This document shows positions 48,217-57,752 of a DNA stretch of 64,000 bases, piece by piece; the stretch's first letter is position 1, and every line of letters starts with the position of its first letter. Below the pieces are notes generated by a model that was not told the DNA's origin, ran no database searches, and saw only the letters and a program-made list of their open reading frames with translations. Source of the DNA: Ignavibacteriota bacterium (GTDB lineage Bacteria > Bacteroidota > Ignavibacteria > Palsa-1295); assembly GCA_963787835.1 (NCBI GenBank), contig CAWBEI010000002.1:960001-1024000 (forward strand). Reading direction: 5' to 3'. The translations under genes were made by a program, and so were the position numbers.

Positions 48217-50199
48217 TCACTCCGAAATGAGCAGTTTTTTGGTCGTTTCGCCGGCCCCGCCTCGATAGGTAATAAAGTAATCCCCAACCGGTAAAGAAAC
48301 AGGTATCGTAAACTGATTTCCCGTGCTTCCATCGAGTAGCTGCCGTAACCACACCCGCCCGATGGCATCTGCAACAGAGACCGTCCCGCCCGGTTGCTTA
48401 TTGAACAAAAGATTAAGCGATCCTGGGGTGTACCATGTGTTTTCCAGCGTTGGTTGGGAAGATGAATCTGCGGCAGCAGCGACGGTGGATGCAAGCCACT
48501 CGCGGCTTCCATCGTCAGTGACCTCATAAAGATCATACCGGGGTGTTCCCGCCGGCGCGGAGGCATCGGCAAAATGGTAATTTGCTCCGAAAGCAGAACG
48601 CGCGCGAAGGGAATCATCACTCCAGTAGCTGGCAAGCAGAGTGGTATCCTGAGATGGCTGTGCACCGCCCTGCGTGCTTCGGTCGATCTCAAATCCCACG
48701 ATCCCATTTTCGGAACTAGTCTGCCATGTGAGGTTCACCGTGCTTCCCGACCATTGTGCCGTAAAATTTTCGATCACCACAGGCAGGGGAGTATCGGTAT
48801 AACCATCGGACAGCATCCACAAAAAGCTGCCGGAATCATTTGGCCAGCAGAGAACGGTCGTATCCCACCCGAACACATCATGTGCGGCATCATAGCTGGT
48901 AAGTCCGCTGAAGGCCCAGGTGTTGCCGCCATCCGGTGAGCGCCAAAAATGGAGAAGCAATGGGTCGGCGCCATTGAATTCATCGCAATGCATCTGCATG
49001 GACAGTTCATTCGAATTGCCCGCTTGCGGCCCCGCTCCGGTCGTGATGCGGTAATAGCGAAGCAGCGGATCGTTCGCTGTTTTTGCGAGCGGCGGGAGAT
49101 AGCCGCTCGTGCGGACTACTTTGGTGAGGCCGAGATAGGGATTCGTTCCACTCGCGATCGTTAATCCAAATCCGTAAAAACTATCGACCGGATTCATGGA
49201 ATCCAGCATTCGCGGGATCTCCGAAAACACTCTTCCTATCAAATGGCCGCCGCACGGTTTGTCTTCTTCGATCAGATCCGTCAGAATATCGAGAGAGTCG
49301 CAATGGGTATTGTCGAAAAAGCGAACGCTAAGCACGGTATTGGCTTGCACGATCACGGTTCCCAATTGGGAGGGGCCGCTCCAGTGGATGGTATCCTTCA
49401 TATCCGTGCCGCGATGCTGGGCCTCGAAGATCCAGGTATCCTGCCCGAGCGAGAGCATGCCACAGCCCGTCCGGCCAGCACCGGGGCCACCGGATGGGCC
49501 GGTGTTATCGTTGATGACATCGCCGGAGAGTGTTACGCTTTCCGGAGTATAAGAGGTTGTTGTAGCAGCGCCAAACCCGATATGCAGCGTGCCCCGAATC
49601 CCGAGCGGATTCGCGAGAAACGATGCGACCATCCCCCTAAGTGTAAGATTCCAATACGCGTGACCGATGATGTTATTCGCAAGATACGAAACATCGATCA
49701 GATCATTCCCAGTGGAATAGTATTCGAACGTGCTGGCAGAATCCAGCGCGAACAGCGGGCTGGCGCTGGAATCGAAGATGCTCGGACTGGAATACGGAAA
49801 CAATGCTGCCGTGCGAAACAGCGAACCAGAATCAAGATGCACAATCGGGCGATTACTGCCTGGGATCGCGAACCATCCGGTTCCCATATCGAGCGTACCT
49901 TGTACCGAAACAAGCGTATCGTACGCGGTTCCACCCGCCTGCAGGAACAGCGTATCCGCGCCAAGCGAGAATATGCCCTGAACGCTGACGAGAGCAAGCG
50001 CGGGTGTGGATTCATCCAGCCAAACGGAATCACCGAGGCTAATCACGACCGTATCGCCCATTTGCGGGCGGATACCGCTCACCCATACCGAAGGCGTGCT
50101 CCACGCGCCGCTTTGCGTGGTCGAGCACGTCGTGGCAGATAGCTCCTGCGGAAGAAGCAGGAGTATTACCAGCGGAACGAAATAACGAAATAAGCTCAA
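48217..50199 (-). CDS. secreted adhesin-like protein (G8-like start, LPV-Ig domain, degenerate T9SS CTD)
   Basis: TTG 50199 gives signal peptide MSLFRYFVPLVILLLLPQELSA; SGAWSTPSVW...PQMGDTVVI; PLPVVIENF; DAIGR...LPVGDYFI. Confidence 0.72.
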   Translation of the reverse strand: MSLFRYFVPLVILLLLPQELSATTCSTTQSGAWSTPSVWVSGIRPQMGDTVVISLGDSVWLDESTPALALVSVQGIFSLGADTLFLQAGGTAYDTLVSVQGTLDMGTGWFAIPGSNRPIVHLDSGSLFRTAALFPYSSPSIFDSSASPLFALDSASTFEYYSTGNDLIDVSYLANNIIGHAYWNLTLRGMVASFLANPLGIRGTLHIGFGAATTTSYTPESVTLSGDVINDNTGPSGGPGAGRTGCGMLSLGQDTWIFEAQHRGTDMKDTIHWSGPSQLGTVIVQANTVLSVRFFDNTHCDSLDILTDLIEEDKPCGGHLIGRVFSEIPRMLDSMNPVDSFYGFGLTIASGTNPYLGLTKVVRTSGYLPPLAKTANDPLLRYYRITTGAGPQAGNSNELSMQMHCDEFNGADPLLLHFWRSPDGGNTWAFSGLTSYDAAHDVFGWDTTVLCWPNDSGSFLWMLSDGYTDTPLPVVIENFTAQWSGSTVNLTWQTSSENGIVGFEIDRSTQGGAQPSQDTTLLASYWSDDSLRARSAFGANYHFADASAPAGTPRYDLYEVTDDGSREWLASTVAAAADSSSQPTLENTWYTPGSLNLLFNKQPGGTVSVADAIGRVWLRQLLDGSTGNQFTIPVSLPVGDYFITYRGGAGETTKKLLISE

Positions 50200-50317
50200 G
50201 AGTGCGGCAAACCTGAAAAGATAGGGAACATTAGTAGAACGGGGAGTAATTCCGCCACAATCCCAGGGTGTACAACCTAACATCCCCTGCCCCGAACTTT
50301 TCCGCTTTTCGCCGCTT

Positions 50318-50653
50318 TTGCAATGGCAAAATGACGGATGCCCAATATGTTCTCCCCGCTCCGAAGCATCTGCCTTCGAGCGTCTTCGGAAGGAGGTACG
50401 GAATAAAACCCTTGCACACACTGATCTCGAAAGTGGGCCGAACTATTCTTTTCAGCGAGCTGAGATCGATGAAGCGATTGAAGCGCTCCTGCGAATACTC
50501 GATATGTTTGAGGACTATCTCCAGCCTCCGGTAAAGCGTTGGCACCATTTCCCTAAGTCCAAACCTGGGTCAGATGGGAAAGACTTACTTCAAATTTTAC
50601 GTCATCGTGAAAGCTTAATAGCAGAAAATGCAAAGCTCCGTTCCGTCTCCTAG
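50318..50653 (+). pseudogene. C-terminal fragment of an AbiU2-like HEPN protein
   Basis: VRNKTLAHTD (Rx4-6H RNase motif); no convincing N-terminal half; stop lies inside the adjacent palindromic element. Confidence 0.5.
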
Positions 50654-50872
50654 TCGCGGAGCGACGGAGTACTCGCAGCCCAGGGTGCAGCGAGCTTGCG
50701 AGCGGAACCCTGGGTTCGCGTTGCGTTTTAGGTTCCCAAGCCCTGAAAGGGCGTTGTAAAATCCCGGCGGCATACATCGCCCTTTCAGGGCTATGAAATT
50801 CAAAATCGTAATCCGTACCCAGGGTTCCACTTCGTTTCACCCTGGGCTGCGGGTACTTCGTGCCTACGGCAC
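50651..50872. mobile_element. large palindromic non-autonomous element, homolog of 37391-37623
   Basis: Arms GGAGTACTCGCAGCCCAGGGTG / CACCCTGGGCTGCGGGTACTTC; inner AGCCCTGAAAGGGCG / CGCCCTTTCAGGGCT. Confidence 0.78.
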
Positions 50873-50991
50873 TTTTTACTGTCGTCTCTCCGGGACTCTG
50901 GCTCTTAAAAAAATCCCGCACACCTCGCGCTTACTGTCGGGCGAGGACGCGCCGACCCGTTCGGCAAGCTCAGGGCAGGCTCTGCGCGAGG

Positions 50992-51170
50992 GAAAATTTC
51001 GAATTTCGTGGCGTCACGGAAAAGTGTCGTATATTAGGTGGTGAGATGATAGGCACCCTGTATCAATTTTCATTGAAGAATTGAGAATTAAGAATGGGGA
51101 GGGGCTCAATTGTTCATTGAAAATGGGGTTTGCGTTAATGGTCATGGAGAAATTAATGAACAATTGGCAC
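50992..51170 (+). ncRNA. promoter plus candidate structured ncRNA/leader, copy C (5' part)
   Basis: 40-nt exact match CGGAAAAGTGTCGTATATTAGGTGGTGAGATGATAGGCAC with copy B; 12-bp stem 51107-51118 / 51155-51166. Confidence 0.45.
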
Positions 51171-51467
51171 GAAGAGAAATATTGTTCATTAAATGACAAT
51201 TCAATTGATTTTAATGGGCACAAGTTCTTGGGGAAAGGATGAAGTATGAATTATGAAATGGGAAGAACTATGAATTCGTCTCATAATGAAAGGCTAATTT
51301 GCGCTATTTTCAACGTCGTTCATGAACTCTGAAAGAACGAACACACGAAAAGCATTTCTTTGTGGCAATTGGAATTATCAAAGTTGCAACAACAAATAAT
51401 AATTTTTGGGGCACAATCCTGATAGGGAAAATGGTTTAAGCAAAGCCTTAACTCAGGGGTTGGAATT

Positions 51468-52562
51468 ATGTCGAATATCGCAACATCATCGTCGTCCGGC
51501 AACACATTATGGCTTCGCTCGAAACGCTGGGATCTCCTGTGGATCTCAGGTTCGGTGCTGCTCATGGCAAGCCCGTATGCCATGTATTATATCGCTCAAT
51601 CCCTGGGCTTCAACCAGGATACAGCGCGGAACATCGTTAACGGGATGATCGCGTTCTTCATCGGCGGTCCGCACATGTACGCCACACATCTACGGACGAC
51701 GTTCGATCCGGGGTTTCGCAAACGTCATCCTTCGATCATTATTGCGGCGATCATCATTCCGGTTGCTGTTATTATTCTGGGCGTTAATTATTTCATCCTA
51801 TTACTGACGTTCTTCTTCTTTTGGGCAAGCATCCATGTGCTGCACCAGATCGTGTTTCTCGTCGATTGCTACAATGGCCGTGTACCGAAAACATTATCGT
51901 GGCAATCGAAAGCGATCGACTATGCGGTGGTGCTAACCGGACTGTATCCAGTCGCGATGTACCGGTTCACGCACAACACGTTCAAGGTCGGGTCGAACCT
52001 GCTTTATTTTCCTGAGTTTTTGAAAGTAGATGCCGTCTGGTGGATAGCAAGCGCCATGTTTGCAGCAGCGTTAGCATTATTTATCTCCAAGACATGGCGC
52101 GAATTCCGGAACGGCGAAGGAAATGTGCCGAAGACGATCCTGATCTCGGTGACCGTCGTCGCCACATTCATCACCCCATTCTTTAACGAGCTGGATGTTG
52201 CATTTCAGGGGCTGAACACCTGGCACTCCTTCCAATATCTGGGACTAACATGGTACATTAACCGCCTGCGGTATGACCGCCATGAGCTTACGCCACAGGT
52301 CAGCGTTTTTGCAAGGCCGGGTGAGTGGTGGCGCTATTATGGCTTTACCGTAATGATGACGGTGATTGCGATCGGCCTCATCGTAACATTGATATTTACC
52401 AGTTCTTATACTGGGCTGAAATTCGATCAGTGCTATTATATCGTAGTGCTCAGCTTCCTTCTGACGCACTATTACCACGATCACATCATCTTTACCGAGC
52501 AACCGGATTTCAATGTGGGGCCAGCCAAGGCGCAAGGGCAGCAGTTCGCGCTGGATAGTTAA
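51468..52562 (+). CDS. polytopic membrane protein with conserved His motifs (putative membrane metalloenzyme)
   Basis: ~8-9 TM; GGPHMYAT, HVLHQ, WHSFQY, HYYHD. Confidence 0.75.
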   Translation: MSNIATSSSSGNTLWLRSKRWDLLWISGSVLLMASPYAMYYIAQSLGFNQDTARNIVNGMIAFFIGGPHMYATHLRTTFDPGFRKRHPSIIIAAIIIPVAVIILGVNYFILLLTFFFFWASIHVLHQIVFLVDCYNGRVPKTLSWQSKAIDYAVVLTGLYPVAMYRFTHNTFKVGSNLLYFPEFLKVDAVWWIASAMFAAALALFISKTWREFRNGEGNVPKTILISVTVVATFITPFFNELDVAFQGLNTWHSFQYLGLTWYINRLRYDRHELTPQVSVFARPGEWWRYYGFTVMMTVIAIGLIVTLIFTSSYTGLKFDQCYYIVVLSFLLTHYYHDHIIFTEQPDFNVGPAKAQGQQFALDS

Positions 52563-52702
52563 TTTACTGGATGAATGTACTCAAACCTTCTCAGGCCGTT
52601 CGGCGTTTGAGCGCCGGTTAAAATAGAGGGCGTCCTATTACGTCCTTACAACGAAACTACCCGTGTCGGGTATGCCTTTTTTTATTCGGTAAGCTCTTAT
52701 AG

Positions 52703-54571
52703 ATGGATTCCTCGAAGACGACGACAATCGGGATCATCCTCATTATCGTAGTCTTTGTAGGCTGGATGGTTTGGATGAACGCGGAGCAGGCGAAGCTCCC
52801 GAAACATGCACCTGTTGCTACTGCGGATACAACACACGTCAACGAAGCACCGCCGCTCACCCAACCCACCACGACGCCCGTTCCAGGAGCTCCTGCAGCA
52901 GGAGGCGCAAAGAACGATAGTTCCAACCGGTCGAGCCTGTTCGCCGTCACCACTACGACACCAGTCGCCATCAAGACGGTCGAAACGCCCTACTTCACTG
53001 CACAGGTTAGTTCCAATGGCGCTGCAATTTCGAGCTTTGTACTCAAGCAATACAAGACCTGGGATCAGAAGCCGGTCGAACTGGTAAATCATGAGCAGGG
53101 CCGAGGCGCCGATATCGATCTGAAGTTCGTTGCCTCCGATGGGAAGATCGTTGCTACGAATGATCTGCCATTTGCATTCGATACCAAGCCGCTCACGCTT
53201 GGTGCAGGAGATAGTTCCAGTTTTTCGGCACGGTACCAACTCGATAGCGCTCGCTGGATCGAAAAGATCTTTCACTTCTCCGGCAAAGGATATCTTATTG
53301 GCGTAGAATTCAAGCTTCATGGTCTTGAGAATTCCATCAGCGGGTATCATTACACGGCATCGTTGGACGACCCACTGCCGTACATCGAGAAACGCAGTGC
53401 CGATGAAACTTCCAGCGCCAAAGCCTTTGCCGGACAAGCCGGCGAGATGGAAGATCTTACCGTTTCCAAGCCCGGCGCACCGGCACATAAGGCCGTTAAT
53501 GGCGATATCACTTATGCCGGAATGCGGACACAGTATTTCGAGCAAGCGATCATTCCCGTCGGCGAAAAAACTGCCGGAGCGGATATTTCCGGCGTTGCTT
53601 CCCAAGGAGTCGATGGCGGGATCGTAGCCATGTATAACGCTTCGGTTAATATTCCGATCGGGCGAACTGCGGATGAGAAGGTAGCTTTTGAGCTTTATTT
53701 CGGACCGCTTGAATATGACCGTGTCGAAGCCCTTGGCGTAGGGCTAGAGCAGTCGATGAGCTTTGGCTGGGCCTTTATCGTCCGGCCGATCTCGATCCAT
53801 GTATTGCTTCCATTCTTCTTATGGCTGCATGGATTTATCTCGAATTGGGGCGTTGTGATCATCGTCTTCTCGATCGCGATCAAGGTGATCACGATACCGA
53901 CCTCCATGGGGCAGATGCGCTCGATGCAAAAGATGCGAGTCGTCCAACCGATGATGACGGAACTTCGCGAGAAATACAAGGACGACCCCAAAAAGATGAA
54001 CGAGGAGACCATGAAGTTGTATCGGACCTACGGCGTAAATCCAGCCGGTGGATGCCTCCCGATGCTTTTGCAAATGCCGATCCTGTTCGCGTTATATCAG
54101 GTGCTGAAGAATGTCATCCAACTCCGGCAGGCACCATTCGGATTGTGGATCACCGATCTTTCCATTCCCGATGCGCTCTTCCATTTCGGAACGAAACTTC
54201 CGCTTATTGGCGAACAAATGAGTGGGCTGACGCTCTTGCTCGTCGTCACGATGTTCGTTCAGCAGATGTTCACCGTAACGGATCCGCGCCAGAAGCAAAT
54301 GGCGTACATCATGCCGATCGTGTTCATCTTCATGTTCAACAATTTGCCTTCCGGTGTGGCGCTGTATTATTTCATGTTCAATATCTTCGGACTCGTGCAG
54401 CAATTCTATCTTACCAAGATCGCGACGCCACCAACGCTTGAAGAACTAAAAGCTGCGCCGAAAAAAGGCGGCGGCATGATGGCACGACTTCAGGACATGG
54501 AAAAACAGCAGCGCGAAACCCGCAAAGGACAGTATGCCGGTAAGGGGCTTCCGGGCGGGAAGAAGAAATAA
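52703..54571 (+). CDS. yidC: membrane protein insertase
   Basis: LYFGP, NWGVVIIVFSIAIK, NPAGGCLPMLLQMPILFA, WITDLS, PSGVALYY. Confidence 0.97.
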   Translation: MDSSKTTTIGIILIIVVFVGWMVWMNAEQAKLPKHAPVATADTTHVNEAPPLTQPTTTPVPGAPAAGGAKNDSSNRSSLFAVTTTTPVAIKTVETPYFTAQVSSNGAAISSFVLKQYKTWDQKPVELVNHEQGRGADIDLKFVASDGKIVATNDLPFAFDTKPLTLGAGDSSSFSARYQLDSARWIEKIFHFSGKGYLIGVEFKLHGLENSISGYHYTASLDDPLPYIEKRSADETSSAKAFAGQAGEMEDLTVSKPGAPAHKAVNGDITYAGMRTQYFEQAIIPVGEKTAGADISGVASQGVDGGIVAMYNASVNIPIGRTADEKVAFELYFGPLEYDRVEALGVGLEQSMSFGWAFIVRPISIHVLLPFFLWLHGFISNWGVVIIVFSIAIKVITIPTSMGQMRSMQKMRVVQPMMTELREKYKDDPKKMNEETMKLYRTYGVNPAGGCLPMLLQMPILFALYQVLKNVIQLRQAPFGLWITDLSIPDALFHFGTKLPLIGEQMSGLTLLLVVTMFVQQMFTVTDPRQKQMAYIMPIVFIFMFNNLPSGVALYYFMFNIFGLVQQFYLTKIATPPTLEELKAAPKKGGGMMARLQDMEKQQRETRKGQYAGKGLPGGKKK

Positions 54572-54682
54572 AGCCCTGCAGATATTTGAATGATTGTGCG
54601 TTCTTTCCAATAGAAAGGACACTAATACTTGTGTCAATCCTCGGTGAGCAACTTTGGGCCGCTCCATGTGTTCACCTATTAG

Positions 54683-55330
54683 ATGGAGACCCTCGAAATC
54701 GATCATAAGGCTCGCCCTGCGCCTGGCAGGGATCGCGATCGGGAAAATGCAGAAGATCTGGTGATCTTTCGTGAATTTCTCGCGGGCCTTGCTGAAGCAA
54801 AAAGCGAGGATGGTTCGCGCCGCGCTCAGGGAAATCATCAGGCCCGCGAAGCCTTCACGAAGATCTATCTTCGATACCGCGAGCGCATCTATGCGTACGC
54901 GCTGCGGGTGCTCTCGAATCCGGAGGATGCTGAGGATCTGTTCCAGGAAGTATTCTTCCGAGTCTATTCGCGGGCCAGATCCTTTGAAGAAGAAAGAAGT
55001 CTTGGAGGGTGGATCTTCACGATCGCGCATAATTTGTGTATGAATAAGATCCGCGACCGGAAACCGCAGGATGCGATCGAAGGGGCCGGCCTCGCGGTGG
55101 AACCCGCAGCAGATCTTGGCGAGGATTGGCAAGCGGTGATCGCAGATGCGATGGCGCGGCTGCCTGTGGAATACAGGGAAGTTATTATTCTTCGTGAATA
55201 TGAGGGACTAAGCTACTCCGAAATGAACTCCATATTGCAGACCACGATCCCATCGATCAAGAGCCGGTTGTATCGAGCCAAAGGAAGGCTCAGAGAATTG
55301 CTCGCACCCTATTATTTGCCGGAAAGGTAA
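54683..55330 (+). CDS. ECF-type RNA polymerase sigma factor
   Basis: DAEDLFQEVF, WIFTIAHNLC, LREYEGLSYSE, IKSRLYRAK. Confidence 0.93.
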   Translation: METLEIDHKARPAPGRDRDRENAEDLVIFREFLAGLAEAKSEDGSRRAQGNHQAREAFTKIYLRYRERIYAYALRVLSNPEDAEDLFQEVFFRVYSRARSFEEERSLGGWIFTIAHNLCMNKIRDRKPQDAIEGAGLAVEPAADLGEDWQAVIADAMARLPVEYREVIILREYEGLSYSEMNSILQTTIPSIKSRLYRAKGRLRELLAPYYLPER

Positions 55331-55343
55331 TGCTACAAATTTT

Positions 55344-56672
55344 ATGACACTGAACGAACGGATATTAGATTTTCTCGATGGCTCGCTTCCCCCGGATGAT
55401 GAAGCAGAGCTATTGCATACGCTATCGGTCTCACCCGAAAAGCGCACCATGCTGCGCGGATTTATGGAGCAGCGTACGCTATTCACGCGCGATGCACAAT
55501 CGCTATCGGTGCCGTATGAAACCGAACAGCGCCTGTGGGCGCGAATGGATCGGGTGCTCCCCGTTAGCACGACCGAAGAACCGGCGACCGTTATTGTACC
55601 GGTCGAATCGAGCAGCATGGGTTTTCTCGCGCGCGCGTTTAGCGGCGGCACATCATCATCGATACGGGCTGCATTCAGTGCATTCACCCTTATTACAGGG
55701 ATCGGCATTGGGTATTTCGCAGGACATTCAACTTCGGTTCCATCTTCCGTTCTAAGAAATTCTGCTCAGGCAACGTCTGATTATTCAGCACCTCGGGATG
55801 TTGCGAGTTCCCATGAATCACCATCCACGCCCGTATTTCACCGCGTTCATCAGACCGTTGCTGCCAATAGCATCGCGCTTGCTGATCTCACCCCGACGGC
55901 TGTTGTGCCAATGCAAAATATTGCTGACCAAATTATTCCTGCCGAACCAAACGGAAGCGATTCGTCCGCTCCAGCGATCACGCCCGTTAATAATATAAAA
56001 ACTCCCGCCGTTCTGCTTGCAGATATTGGCGGCGATGGCGGCGGTAATCCTCCAATCTTGCATCATATTCGTGCCTCGAGAGAGCAGAGCACTTCGTTAA
56101 TCAGCCGTTTCGAATTTCGGGTCGATGAAAGTTTTGGCCGGCAGTTCCCGAACAGCATTGCCACAAATGTATCGCTGCCGATCATTACCAATACGTCAAT
56201 CACAACATTCTTTCAGGTGCTTCCGCATTCGAATTTATTTTGGGCAGGCGCGTCCTTCGGGTCAGCAAACATAACGCGTAAGGATCTTTTCACGCAAGCC
56301 GGCGACCCGATCGACCCATCACAGGATGTACTTGCGAGCGATACCTCCCATGCCCAGACCAGTTACGTGGCGGCACTTGCGGAACTTCGGCTGCCAGCAT
56401 TTGAAACGGCGGACCTGACGTTCACGGCCGGATACGGCCTGGCAACCTTGGGCCAAATGATGTTCGGTGAGATCGGTTTGCATTACGACGTTTCGAGTCA
56501 GGCTGGAATCCAGTGCGGACTTCGCGTGCTCCGGTTCACATACGATCTTACCGCAGAACGTAATGCGGCGATCGCGTCCGGAAATGGATCACTCGCTATT
56601 TCCAATGCTGTTGCGGCATCCAGCCCAAGTTTCAATACGGAACTTAATGCCGGACTATTCTTCCATTTTTAG
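55344..56672 (+). CDS. putative anti-sigma factor with TM helix, long linker and C-terminal outer-membrane beta-barrel
   Basis: ILDFLDGSL-type anti-sigma N-terminus; TM near residues 110-127; alternating beta-strands ending ELNAGLFFHF. Confidence 0.7.
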   Translation: MTLNERILDFLDGSLPPDDEAELLHTLSVSPEKRTMLRGFMEQRTLFTRDAQSLSVPYETEQRLWARMDRVLPVSTTEEPATVIVPVESSSMGFLARAFSGGTSSSIRAAFSAFTLITGIGIGYFAGHSTSVPSSVLRNSAQATSDYSAPRDVASSHESPSTPVFHRVHQTVAANSIALADLTPTAVVPMQNIADQIIPAEPNGSDSSAPAITPVNNIKTPAVLLADIGGDGGGNPPILHHIRASREQSTSLISRFEFRVDESFGRQFPNSIATNVSLPIITNTSITTFFQVLPHSNLFWAGASFGSANITRKDLFTQAGDPIDPSQDVLASDTSHAQTSYVAALAELRLPAFETADLTFTAGYGLATLGQMMFGEIGLHYDVSSQAGIQCGLRVLRFTYDLTAERNAAIASGNGSLAISNAVAASSPSFNTELNAGLFFHF

Positions 56673-56673
56673 C

Positions 56674-57324
56674 ATGAGAATCCTTGGCATAAATCATTTG
56701 GTGAGATCGGCCCTTTGGGCCGAAGCAGTGTTCCTGCTGGCTGCTATGATATGCTTTGGCGGATGTGCTGTGAATGATGCTACGCCAGCACCTCAGGCGA
56801 CCGTTCAAAATAATTTTTTCCCGCTCGAGAATGGTCTGATCTATACCTACGGACGCACCACCAATTTTACCAACTACGACACGATCACCTGCAGGCTCAT
56901 CACGGAGCAACCACCGTTAATTCTACAGAATGAGCTCGAAGATACTGTGACGGACCGGCCATTCTACTACATTGCTTATTCCACAGACGCAGACGGGAAT
57001 CCGGAAGGAATTCTCTCGACCGATACTTCAACGCTCATCGCGCTCGATGGAAATCTTCAAGATAGCGCAACCTGGGTAGCCGATGAGACCCGTGGGATTC
57101 ATGCAACAGTCGTAGCGCAATATGATAGTTACTATCTTCCCGGCCGTCAGGAGGCATTTAACGATGTGCTCTGCATAGAGTACCATCAGGACGGGCTTCC
57201 AGCCGATACCTATACGCTCCGCTTTTTTGCACGCGGATATGGCCTTATCCTCGAACGTGAATTAGTGGGTCCCACCACTGAAATAGCGCGATTGCAACTA
57301 ATTAGCGTCCAGTACCCATCATAA
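56674..57324 (+). CDS. hypothetical lipoprotein
   Basis: ATG 56674; lipobox FGGC; NFFPLENG...FFARGYGLI. Confidence 0.7.
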   Translation: MRILGINHLVRSALWAEAVFLLAAMICFGGCAVNDATPAPQATVQNNFFPLENGLIYTYGRTTNFTNYDTITCRLITEQPPLILQNELEDTVTDRPFYYIAYSTDADGNPEGILSTDTSTLIALDGNLQDSATWVADETRGIHATVVAQYDSYYLPGRQEAFNDVLCIEYHQDGLPADTYTLRFFARGYGLILERELVGPTTEIARLQLISVQYPS

Positions 57325-57482
57325 GCCACGATTTACAAGATTTCGTGGATTTAGTAGGATTGATTTCGTAAAAGGAAGGTTTGTGTAGTTACTCATTGGG
57401 ATGTAACGATCACGCCCCCCATCCTGATAATCCGCAAAATCCATCCTTTCTTAATCCTTGAAATCCTGTAAATCGTGGCTTA
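57322..57482. repeat. palindromic element with 23-bp terminal inverted repeats and AATCC-type ~9-bp subrepeats
   Basis: TAAGCCACGATTTACAAGATTTC / GAAATCCTGTAAATCGTGGCTTA. Confidence 0.75.
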
Positions 57483-57485
57483 ATC

Positions 57486-57719
57486 GTGGCTCTTTTTCGA
57501 AAATCTGCTAAAATAAAATACAGCGATCGCGCTCAAGGCCTTGCTGCAATGCTTCGCGGGGATTCTGTTGTCCTAAGAGTTTTGATCTTCATCGCGATGA
57601 GTTCGATCTTTTTTCTATTCCTGAAGATCACAGAAAAGAAAGTGCCAACTGGCCTTGCCCCGGATTCAACGGTGCAGCAAGTGACCGATGATACCGGATC
57701 GGCGAGCCATGGGAAATAA
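57486..57719 (+). CDS. small single-TM hypothetical protein
   Basis: GTG start; one hydrophobic segment; in-line upstream of anmK. Confidence 0.5.
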   Translation: MALFRKSAKIKYSDRAQGLAAMLRGDSVVLRVLIFIAMSSIFFLFLKITEKKVPTGLAPDSTVQQVTDDTGSASHGK

Positions 57720-57752
57720 ATGTATTACGCTACACCGAATAATTAATTGAGA

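Noticed and set aside
47345-50142. Long plus-strand ORFs (307 aa and 299 aa), and similar ones such as 52697-53605 and 9713-10426
   Set aside because: They lie antisense to well-supported genes and have no recognisable motifs.
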